This document shows positions 29,152 to 41,000 of a DNA stretch of 64,000 nt, piece by piece. Positions within the stretch are counted from its first letter, which is position 1. The number at the start of each line of letters is the position of its first letter. The stretch is from Tubulanus polymorphus (Eukaryota > Animalia > Nemertea), in NCBI RefSeq assembly GCF_964204645.1, contig NC_134029.1, positions 868,001-932,000 on the forward strand, in the 5' to 3' direction. The notes under the pieces are model-generated. The model was not told where the DNA came from, made no database searches, and saw nothing but the letters and a program-made list of their open reading frames with translations. The position numbers were made by a program, and so were the translations under genes.

Positions 29152-30572
29152 GGAAACTTGTGAAAAATAAACGATTTGAACTCAGATTTATATGTTTTTG
29201 CTATTGTATTATTGCTATTTACATGATGAAGCTTCTATGCACTGCAAGCGAAAGTTCGTACTTGAGATAAAATCAAGATTACCTCCAAAATACTAGCTTT
29301 AGTAACGTTTACTGATTTGACACCAGGTTAAAACATGGCTCCTCCACAGCTTTCACTATTGTATCATATATAAGTGGATAAGTATTATCATTGATTCGTT
29401 AATTATTTGTGATTAATATTCGTGGTTTGCTTTTTAACAAGTTCGAAAGTGTTCGTACTTTGTCAACGGAAAATAGCGATTTAGAGAATGCGTGAGGAAA
29501 ATAGAAAACATCAACAAAATGGCGTGGTATGAATCAGTTTTCTGGACCAGTGATGCGAAAAACTGTTTCGCCCCCGGTTGCAGTGAAGCATAGATACATC
29601 CCATGCAGCGGAATAGAGTGTACGGGGGCGACTTCGAGACAGACTCGCTGCTGATGTGCGGACAGTGTCTGAGTTTCGTTGCTATGACGAGGAATGATTA
29701 CTTCTATTTATCGTTTATTGAGTTTTTATCGCGTTCTATGATATAATGTATCATTAGAACCATTGGGAATCTTGACACTTTCATAAATTCCGAGTCGTTC
29801 GTCTCTGTTGGCTTTATCTTCAAATTGAATAGCTCCCTGTGAGTTATACCTAGTCCTGTCGAAGTAAGAACGAACAATCTTTTATCATTCAACTTGATAC
29901 ACAAAGGCAATTTGACATTTTATGAACGTTCTAAGTTGCATTTTATTATAGCCATTTTGGGTAGTTTTTAAAACAGATTCATTTCTCAGTCTTAAGAAAA
30001 GCGTCTTGATTGTTTCGTAACTACGTTTTCCTGATATTTCAAGGCGTTTTTTCCAAAATATTCGCGTAAACAAAAAAACAAAAAGTCGTGATTTTTATCA
30101 AGTAGGTAATTATGAAATCCATGCGCGACTAAAATATCCTGCGAAGAATGCTGTTGACAACACGGGGACGCGAAACCAGTTTTATCGTCAATGGCGCCTA
30201 GTGACGATACAGGCATAGGCGTTTGTTCATTTTATTTATATAATAAATTATATGCGTTTTGTGTGAATCAGCTATGTATTTTAATCCATACACGTAGAGA
30301 ATCGCGTCCTGAAAATAATCGACCTATTGCAATATGGCGCATATGGGATTTTTCTATTATTGAAGCGCTCATAGTAACGCACCGTTACCAGATACTACAC
30401 ACTACTTGTACTCTGTTTATCTTCGACCATCTCACAAATATTGGAAATTACGCGACTCGTGATTTTGACCGGTGCTATTTTGTCATCGGGATAAACTGAT
30501 CCGGATCATATCATATCAGTTCGTATAGGAAAGGACGGATTAATTAGAATAGCGATAACGTGTTGAATAAAC

Positions 30573-30628
30573 GGATTAATGTGATTAATGAGGTAGGTCG
30601 GATTAATGTGATTAATGAGGTAGGTCGT
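30573..30628. repeat. 27-bp tandem duplication
   Basis: CGGATTAATGTGATTAATGAGGTAGGT present twice. Confidence 0.85.
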
Positions 30629-33333
30629 CTCAGATTCTGAAGCGGGTTGAATTCCGATTTGATTTGATATTGGATATGGGTTTAGTCTGGTGTTAATTCT
30701 CAGCTGTTTCGAGCAGTTCATGTACAGTTCACTATAAGGATAAGATCCCCTGTTTCACAAATTCTTATTTTGCGATCACCCTGCAAAGATCGTCCCACGT
30801 TTCCCAAAATTATAGTGATCTTGTGATCGCCCTGTGGCAATTTTAAGGCGATCATAGGGATCACCTTCTGAATTTTATACACATTAGACCAATGTTTAGC
30901 TGTCTAGCAGAATACGTAAAATCAATGACATCAATTTGATTTTCATACAAGGAATTCAAATGACTCTGATTAAACAAATTGTTTACTTTGTATATGAAAG
31001 GCGCAGTGGGCCATTAATGACATGTTATAACTAAACCACTGCTTACCATTGAATTTATTGATATAGAATTTGAATGATTTAGATAATGATGTGCGACAGA
31101 AGGTATTCTATGTATCATTGCCCTATATCTACCGGTTAATGGGGATGGATTTAGGGCGCATTATCCCAGATTTGAATTAATATATACTGAAATTGATTCG
31201 ATTCGATTAGATTTTGTTTTACTCTCAATAAATTCACGACGAGCCACAAAAGCGAAATTACAAATTCAGTTTTTAGAATGAATGCTGATCCTATTTGAGA
31301 TCTAACTCTCTGTCTTTACCCCTATAATTAATCATATGCGGAACTGGAATGAAGTCACTTCAATGGCAAAAATTCATGAGTTTATCACTAAACCTCTACG
31401 GAGGGGAGGGTTCAATCGAAATTTAGCATCATCAACCAGTTTTGATAATTAATTGCTAACGATCACGTATATACTAGAGGTTAATTGATTTCTTATCATT
31501 GTTTAGTCATTTACACCGTCATGGTGTGAACATATTGTGGGAATTACAATACGTCAAGGGTCACGGAAAAGTGTCGGCTATTCTGGGAACTGATTTTGTG
31601 AGAGTCCAGAGGTTCGAATGAAAGTCATCACGGTTGACTGAGCGGGTAAATCCTATCGTCCAGTTCCGCGATAACCTTTAACAGTTAATCACGATGAATA
31701 TCGACCAATGTGAAAATGAAATAAGATTGAGACAAAAATATTTCCTGCAACGAATCGATTTCCTTTCGAATAATTTGTCAAATACACGATTAATAGAATT
31801 ATTCTTGAAGGTTTTTTATAATCAAGAGAGATCATTTGGGGATTCTAGACGTCGTTTCAGCGACGATTCTTTTTATCGGTCAGTCAACCCGCCAGGTGGC
31901 GGTGTTGGTAAAGACCAGTTTTTCCTTCATGCTCCAGCGCGCGCCTTGGCGCTGCCACTAGGAAAGCATGGCTTGGTCATCGTTAGTTTAAATCTGGGAC
32001 AATGCATAACTCGATTCTTACGAGATGCGATTCGTACTGCGCAGAATCTGTAGATAGTAACAACGCCCTATATTCGTCATACGTCAGGCGGTCGCCGGGC
32101 GGTCGGGCGGCTAAACTGATGTTCACATGTATAAATAGTAACCCGGTCGCGCCGTGTCGTTTCATACAGCTCACACTTATTAAACGCAGCTGTCGACTTT
32201 TTATATTAATCACTCAGTCACACATATTGCAAAATTGACGCTTTCTCGTAGTTTGAATAGAAAAATAACCTTAGTCAAAAAGGTACAATTTCAAATAGGT
32301 TTTCACCAAGAGTAAAATGAGGTTTCGTTGTATAATATGTAATGAATGATTGTCCTATGCCCATCACTGCAGTATCAGAATAATACTGGTGAATCACACC
32401 GTGTTGTAACCATATCACAATAATTGTCTTATTCATGAAGATGACCATTTCGAGTATGAAGTCGAAACGTTGAAATAAACTACTAGCTCAAGGAATACTG
32501 ATTTCCCAGGCCCGTTGCCAGGGTGCGAAAGTAGTCGGGTTCATATCAACCCCCCGATGGTAAACTGATACTCAACATCAAACAAAAATTAGACCATTTT
32601 TCCAATCAATCGAGTTCTGGTTGGATGTCAAAATTTCAGGCTTTGTTAGAATTCTGGCTAGATAGGGAAATATTAGACTGAAGAATTCTTTGGTTGTTTG
32701 TTCATCAAATCATCGCGGCAGTTTTTATACGCATTTAAACTGTGCTGAATTAAATATTCTTTTTAGCTTTAGAGAACAATCTAAAAAGCGTCGTTGACGA
32801 AAGCGTGATATTTCAAACTGGTCTACACAACACTGCGCACTGATATGAAAACTAATATATTTGCATGGTGACATATGTCTTCGTGTATAATGTCAACAAG
32901 TATATTTATATGTAAGAGTTGTGCTAATATTAACTTGAACGTTACGCAAATTTCAGAGCTTTTGTAATTAATGGTTAAGTGTGTTTAAGGTTTCTAATAC
33001 ACGAATAAATATAAACAACGGATCCAAGGCTAATTATCAGTATTACTGAAACTATCTCGACTATAAATGCTACTGGTTTCGATTCAGCTGCTATATTTCT
33101 TGGGGCCCTCTTCAGTATATTGTTTGTAAACCAAGCTACAGATATATTAATGGATATTCCAATGTGCTATAGTCGTATCATTTTATAGGCAATGCGCAAT
33201 GAATTAAGATTCGTATGCGCGAAAACGGATTTTCACCTAACGTTCCTTCGTTTTTGACGTCTTTAGATCAATTGGTTTTTATGGTAATTCGTTTCTATCA
33301 AGATTATTTGTCAGTCTGAACTATATTATATTA

Positions 33334-33597
33334 GGGGCTGTCCATAAAAGACGCCCAACATCGAGGGGATAGAGTTTGTAAATTTTTGAGTTTTGTGGAC
33401 AAGAGGGAGAGGGTTGTTTTCACGGTCATGTATGGAAACTGTCTGGAGTCTATAATAGATAATCAAGTGATGAATAAAGAAATATTATTTTTTCTGGACA
33501 ATAATGACTAGATATCGATGTCTTTTATTGCTTTTTCGGCCGATGGAGTTAGTGCAATTTGGACAATCTTGTGTGGACGTCTCTTTTGGACAGCCCC
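33334..33597. mobile_element. PIF/Harbinger-like MITE
   Basis: TIRs GGGGCTGTCCA / TGGACAGCCCC with TTA on both sides. Confidence 0.85.
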
Positions 33598-34320
33598 TTA
33601 CTTGTCATATCATCAACTTTTCAGTTTTTCAATTCCTTCAAAAAAATTTGTTTTTATAACTTTCTAAGAAATAAATACATTTGTAATGTTATGGGACGGA
33701 GGTCTTGTCATGTATTTTCATTCCTGTACGTAGCTAAGTCTTGTACAGTGTTACCCCTGGTTTTCGATATGAATAGAAATTGTTTCGAGCATTTTGATAT
33801 GCAACGCGGTGAATCAATCGGTGCGGTTTCCCTTATTCAGCAGTCAATCAGCATTCAACAGCTCCCTCTGACAAGCTCTAAATCAAGTCTTAATTTGAAA
33901 TGCTAACGAACCTCCCACGTAAGATTGTCTATTGGATATATCGGTATTGAGAAATTGATCCACGGATACTGAATAGATGAGGTATCCACCTGGTTAATAT
34001 AAATGATCTGGTCGCAGCTGTGTTTTAATTTAAACAGTAAAACTGCGCTATCGATATCTTTCCCTTTAGTGAATATCATGAATAAACGAAGATTTTCAAC
34101 CACCATTCAATAACTATAGCTTCATACCAAATCGATGTATAGGCACCAGGTCACATTAAACGTGAAGATCTGGTACTGGTAGTCAGAAAATATGATCTTC
34201 ACTACAAGTGCATACGAAGTGGCTTCATCAGGAAAATGTGCTCACCTACCTACACACCTTATCAGTGACAAGTCAAAATAAACCAAAAAATAACCCTAAA
34301 CCTAGCAAGGCAGTAAATCT

Positions 34321-34393
34321 AGAACCTGTAGGACTCGAACCGTTGAACAATCGCGTGTCAGGCGAGCATTCTAACCACTTGACCATTGAGTCG
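34321..34393 (-). mobile_element. tRNA-like SINE head or tRNA pseudogene
   Basis: Minus strand A-box TGGTCAAGTGG, anticodon-like arm TCGC-CTGACAC-GCGA, B-box GGTTCGAGTCC. Acceptor and T stems do not pair properly. Confidence 0.6.
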
Positions 34394-35025
34394 ATATGGC
34401 TATTCTTGGTCTGGAAGTGTGTCGTTTCAGAGTGCTGACCATTCAGCTGTGGTGACCTGTCAGGTGCGGTGACTGCTCTGACTACAAGCTTTAAACTTTC
34501 AATTAATTAATGAAACTAAATCAAATACAAGTAGTTCCATGGATTACGTATGTTCTGATACTTGGAATGTTGATTTATTTGTAATTAATAATGAATATAT
34601 TCCCAGTTGATCTCATTGTTAATTATTTTCAAGAATTTACATATATACACGTAATTCATATAGATTATCGAATATTTATAATTACAACACTTTGTATGCG
34701 AAAACATGGTTCATGTTGTTTTCAATCTCATCAATCATACGTTAGTCACTTTGACTATTCAAGGAATTTATTATGAAAGTACAGCTGTTACCGAGAGCTT
34801 GACGATAATCTTAAATAAGAAACTGTTTAATCGAATCAGCGAAACTTGAACAATTTCCTCGGTAGCAATTTCCTCGTTAGTCGTTACAGGTGATAATCAT
34901 TACGTAATATCATAAATAGTGATTATTCTGAATTTACATCACGCTTTCTAGATTTCTAATGTATGAAATTCTATTTCAGATGACGTGAATCTTAGGATTA
35001 AAACGGACGAAATTCATCATTAAAA

Positions 35026-38000
35026 ATGATCCAAAAACTGTTATTCTCATCGGCGTTGGTCGTGTCTATGCTGATTGTTTATAAAGCGCATCCTGCTCAT
35101 GGTAGGTTTATATGTACATAATCTTATCTTTGAATCAAATATTCTTATCGAAACCTATTATAACTTTATATAATTTTATTTTTAAAGTACACTGTACGCT
35201 TAATGTTTTTATTGTCCTTCTTTTCTCCCGATTCTAGCCGTAGGTAAGTAAGATATTTGTTGCTTGCACACACTTCTTGTTAGAAATATGCAGCACCTTT
35301 CAATCGGGTACGAGATGGTTAAAGGGTTCTACCTACCACCGTTTCAGCGGGTCGGATATTTTGGAAATCAAGGGTCGGACCTTGAGACGATTTTCCTCAC
35401 TGCATGCCGTGTAGTTCAGACAGCTAGTTGTTCCGTGTTTATTGAGTGTGACTGTTGTTTTTCTTTTTTGCTTTCTTGCCGTTATCGAATTTGAAAAGTT
35501 TCGTTGAATAATTAGACATGAAGTAATTCAGTCGTTTTAGAAATATTCATTTGCCTATTTCTCTTTAGATTGTGTCGATACAGTGACTGAATGTGCCGAT
35601 TGGGCCGCAGTTGGCGAATGTGAAAACAACCCGGCTTATATGTACTCAAAATGTATGAAATCCTGCAACTCTTCTTGCGCTTGTCCTGCAGGTAATTACA
35701 GCGTGCACTTTTCTTAAAGTTATCATTCAAAAATTCAAATTCTGATACAGTTTACACATATAAATCTCAACGAATTTTGATGATGTTTCTTTCTTCAGCT
35801 GGTCAACTGAAAGATCGCGACTGCCATTGTCCATATTATGCCAGAAGCGACTGGTGCGTTTTGTTCAAAGATACAACATTGGTGAATTGTCCAGCTACCT
35901 GCCAGATACGACAAAGTAATCATTTATTGTATACATACATAGATCGTGGTATGGATGGGGTGGCATGGGGTATGTGATGAGTTGGGTGGGGTAGGGTATG
36001 TGTTGGGTGGTGTGGGGTAGGGTATGTGATGAGTTGGGTGGGGTAGGGTATGTGATGAGTTGGGTGGGGTAGGGTATGTGATGAGTTGGGTGGGGTAGGG
36101 TATGTGATGAGTTGGGTAGGGTAGGGTATGTGTTGGGTGGTGTGGGGTAGGTTATGTGATGAGTTGGGTGGGGTAGGGTATGTGATGAGTTGGGTGGGGT
36201 AGGGTATGTGTTGGGTGGTGTGGGGTAGGTTATGTGATGAGTTGGGTGGGGTAGGGTATGTGTTGGGTGGTGTGGGGTAGGTTATGTGATGAGTTGGGTG
36301 GGGTAGGGTATGTGATGAGTTGGGTGGGGTAGGGTATGTGTTGGGTGGTGTGGGGTAGGTTATGTGATGAGTTGGGTGGGGTAGGGTATGTGATGAGTTG
36401 GGTGGGGTAGGGTATGTGTTGGGTGGTGTGGGGTAGATTATGTGATGAGTTGGGTGGGGTAGGGTATGTGATGAGTTGGGTGGGGTAGGGTATGTGTTGG
36501 GTGGTGTGGGGTAGGTTATGTGATGAGTTGGGTGGGGTAGGGTATGTGATGAGTTGGGTGGGGTAGGGTATGTGTTGGGTGGTGTGGGGTAGGTTATGTG
36601 ATGAGTTGGGTGGGGTAGGGTATGTGATGAGTTGGGTGGGGTAGGGTATGTGTTGGGTGGTGTGGGGTAGGGTATGTGTTGGGTGGTGTGGGGTAGGTTA
36701 TGTGATGAGTTGGGTGGGGTAGGTTATGTGATGAGTTGGGTGGGGTAGGGTATGTGTTGGGTGGTGTGGGATAGGGTATGTGATGAGTTGAGTGGGGTAG
36801 GTTATGTGATGAGTTGGGTGGGGTAGGGTATGTGATGGGTGGTGTGGGGTAGGGTATGTGATGGATGGGGTGGGATGGGATTGGTGATGGTAACTCATAA
36901 ACTAGGTCATAGTCTTGAAAACAAGTATCAACGGTATCGAATTAGAAATCATTTGATTGAAACTGTAAAAGATAATTTTGTTGTCCTTTTTTCGATTTCA
37001 AGGAATCATGTGTCCCAACTATCCCCAGATACCTCACACAGTAGTCACGGCGACACCTGGCGGTAATCGTTGGCTTACTCGTATTACGTATGGATGCGAA
37101 AAAGGATACTTAAACCAAGCCTCGAAACCTAAAGTGGACAATGGTCAGAGATTCTGTACGCATAACAAACAGACAGACACTGGTTCTTGGGTAAAAGCGT
37201 ATGGAATTAATGATCCTAAGTGCGTCCGTAAGTACAAACCCAAACTCCGTATTAATTCATTCAATATTGATGAAAAACATCTAAAAAACTATATGAAAAT
37301 TGCCCACTAGTGACGCCTACAGTGTCTGGTGGAGATTAATTTCTGTGACGCGTTTCTTAGTCATTTTTTATTCCGCACATCTTTAAAAGCGCTAATTACT
37401 TTGTCGATATCAACAATATTGCAGTAAATGTGTTTAATAACTGTGGTATAAAAGAATATTGTCCAAAAAGTAGAGATTTGTCTAGTAAGACTGATAGGAT
37501 TTCAATTAGGTTTTTGTCTTAAACGTTTGATTCTAGTTTTTATGATGGATGCTATGTTTACCATTCATCAATCTCTCAAACACTTGCCTCAGTAGACGAG
37601 CAGACACTCACTCTATTTTTAGAATCTATTTTTTGTTAATTAGTTTTATAAACGCAGTTGCAATATAACCGTTTTGAACTGGAGCAGTTTAAACTACACC
37701 AATAATACGGACAAGTCAACTATTTGACAAATTCTTTTCTAGTCACACAGGGTTTAATTCAAAACTGGTCTATAAAATTGGCCCCTTTATTTCTCAACTA
37801 GGTCGAAGGCCCATATCACGCAATGATAACACCAACTTAAATGAAAAATTGATCTGTGAAATGCCCCCCCCCGCTCCCCCGCCGTCTTGTCCCAGGAATT
37901 GTAGTTTCTAATGCATGTATGATAGTTTACGTGTTGTTTGTAGTTATTTACTTGTTGTGCTTTTTCCTATATTTTTTTCAACAGTTTTTATTTGTTCCGC

Positions 38001-41000
38001 ACCACCGAATATTGCAAACGCGCACCTGATCGCTACATCCATTAAATCTCAGTACATCCTCTCAGACGAAGTGTACTACGCGTGTAACCCAACCTTTCAA
38101 TACGCCTCCGGTAGCCTGACGAGAGTTTGTACCAGCGCTAACGCCTGGTCGGGTACAGATGTCGTCTGTCAAAGTAAGTTTGTAAATATACAACCTTTTT
38201 GTAAAAGGGTAACTACGGAAGCGTCCAAACTTATAAGAAATGGTTTCTGAGGTTCATTACCACTTGGCTAACTCTGAATAATCTCCGAATATCACTTTTA
38301 ACATAGAAAACCGGTTTATTCCGTGTTAGCGAACTGGGAATAAACCTCGTAAGTATTTGTTTTATATATATGTCCTCAGAAAACATCCTTTTTTAATGAT
38401 CACTTGCACAGTTTCTAGCGGACAGTGAGTTTTGTAAAACACTTGTTTATTTTGACAGCCAATATTTTCATAATGCAAGTAAAATCTATATTCGCTTGAT
38501 TCGTTCAAGTGCTTCATAACATATTTATTTGTGGTTAAATTCACATATTTCATCCATGATTTTATAGTCGATCTATCAGAACCACGTGAGTGAAATAAAT
38601 GCATGTTCAGCAATTAAATGCATGGTCACTTTCTACGGGAATGAATCGTTTGCACTGAGTTTATTATCATGATATTCATAAGATTCTGGGCAACTTCTTC
38701 AGCAAAAACTCGGTCAAAAATACAATAAACACATTTTAACCGGAAAATAAAAAACAAATGTTATATATGGTGGTGATGGTCTCATGAGTGACCAAAATAT
38801 CATGTTATCTCCATATTTTCTGGGTTTTGAATATTTTGAGGTATAGGCCTATATTATCAGATTTACTTTATGGCGAAATTTAATACACTTGAAGAGATAA
38901 TCTCACATCGCTCCAGCGCATCTTGCATCTTATTTCAAAAATACAAGTTTTCATGTGAGGTCTATTGTAATTTCCAGGATCGTGTCCGATTCCAGCACAA
39001 ATCGCTAACGGTAAAAGAACTTACAGTAAATTGTTCGTCGGATCCAATGCTGTTTACACGTGCGATACGGGTTACACTATTTCCGGTTCCGCCACGATCA
39101 CGTGTCAATCTGGAACTAATCCGACATGGAGTTCAAATCCTCCAACATGTAACCGTAAGTATCCTAGTGGGTGGCTCCAGTGAGGGGGTTTGGGGTTATC
39201 CGTGATTATCCCGAGGATGGCTCCAGTGAGGGGGTTTTAAGTTGCCCATGAGTATCCTGAGGGTGGCTCCAGTTAGGGGGTTTGTGATAATCTGTGAATA
39301 TCGAGAGGATGGCTCCAGTGAGGGCATGAACATAACTTGTAGGTAGCGTCAGTTTCTTGTTTATTTCTTGAAATTATTTTCTCGTTCCGTCGGTTTTCTA
39401 AATTTTCTAAATGAAAAGGAAACTCGTTTAAACCACAGTTGTAACTATAAAGTTGAAACTGTAATGATATGCTGTTTTTATTTGTAGCCGTGTCCTGTGG
39501 TTCTGTGCCGATCGTCCAATCGTCAGCAAACTCACACACCGGAACGACTTACAATCACAAAATCACTTACTATTGCAAAGCTAACTACGTGATGATTGGC
39601 TCACCGACGGTCACGTGTTCGGCGACCGGCAACTGGGACACCGCCCCAAAATGTGAACGTGAGTTGTGAAAACGGAAACCGATAAATTTCATATCATCGA
39701 ATAAAGCATGCGATTCTGTATCTATCGTCACAATACATGAACAATATTCGTAATTTTACATGAGATTTCCACACGAATTCTAAAATAGATATTGAGTGTT
39801 AATGAGATGATTAGAATAGTAGTAATATAGATAGAGTACACAGTACCTGAATTACACATTCAGCAACTATTTCCATAGTCGTCAGTTAAGATTTGACCCA
39901 GGAGTTCAAACATTGAAAATCTAACAGTGAAAGTACTGAATCCATAGGACTCGGCTTCACAGAACATTCTTATGAAGTTGTGTTAAACCAAAGTCTTTGT
40001 GGAATGAGAGAACTGCAGTTTCACCCTGATCTCGGTTGGAAATCCAACCCTCTAATTAAAGCAAAGTGAAATGAACTAATTTCAACTCTCTCGACTCAAA
40101 CTGAACTGACAACTGTGATACTAAGTGGATCCTGTTCTGTTATGAGAGTTGAAATACGATATCAGGGTCCAGTTTCACGAAAATGATTTACTCGAAATTG
40201 GTGGTTTCAATTGCTAATACTCCAAGTTTTCAATGTAGCTCAAACAATTCAAATTTTAACTGTTTTAAGTTCAACGTCTTTCATGAAACTGAACCCTACA
40301 CGTAAACGGATTTTCGAATCCTAATCAACTCGCATCTGATGGAACTGGATTCTGTGCATGCTGTAAAAAGCACTTGAATGTTGTCGTATTTTATGTTCGT
40401 TGACACGACATTTTCAGAGTTAGTTTGCGGACTTCCTCCGCTCGTTAAACACGCCGATCCTATATACACAAGTCAGTTATCTGGCTCTACGTGTAATTAC
40501 AAGTGTCAGGCCGGATATACGCTGCTAGGCTCATCTATTACATGCACGACGAAATGGTCAACGCCACCTATATGTCAACGTAGGTTACGAACTTCATCGA
40601 ATTTTTCATTTCATAATATAAAAGTATTTCTTTGAAATTTGTTTACAAAAAATGTCAATGAATGCAAATTAAACTTTAGAAGTACAATGCTGCAACTGCT
40701 ATAGACTAGATCCTTGTAATTTCAGCTAACCAATGTCCAGCGGCTCCTGCTATCTTGGGTGGTACTCACGTCAGCAGCGGCACCAAATATCTATCAGTTG
40801 CCCGATATGCCTGTAACAGTCCGAAACTACTGGTTGGACCTGACACAATCACGTGTCAGGCAGATAAAACATGGTCTGGGAATCCGAAATGCGAAGGTTA
40901 TTTCATTAAAATATGTATTCATTTTAAAAGCCTTTGAGAAAGAAAATCTTATAAGATCTACTACTTTTCTAAATTGTAGATCCATACTGTGGCTATCCGC

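Noticed and set aside
29519-29700. THAP-like CFAPGC motif in a short ORF
   Set aside because: In-frame stop follows immediately and the other THAP residues are absent.
34321-34393. Functional tRNA-Val(GAC)
   Set aside because: Acceptor and T stems are broken; treated as a SINE head or pseudogene.
35284-35415. Extra coding exon after the micro-exon
   Set aside because: Would need a 40-nt intron, has no good donor and runs into a stop.
36698-36898. His/Pro/Thr-rich ORF
   Set aside because: Antisense translation of the G-rich minisatellite.
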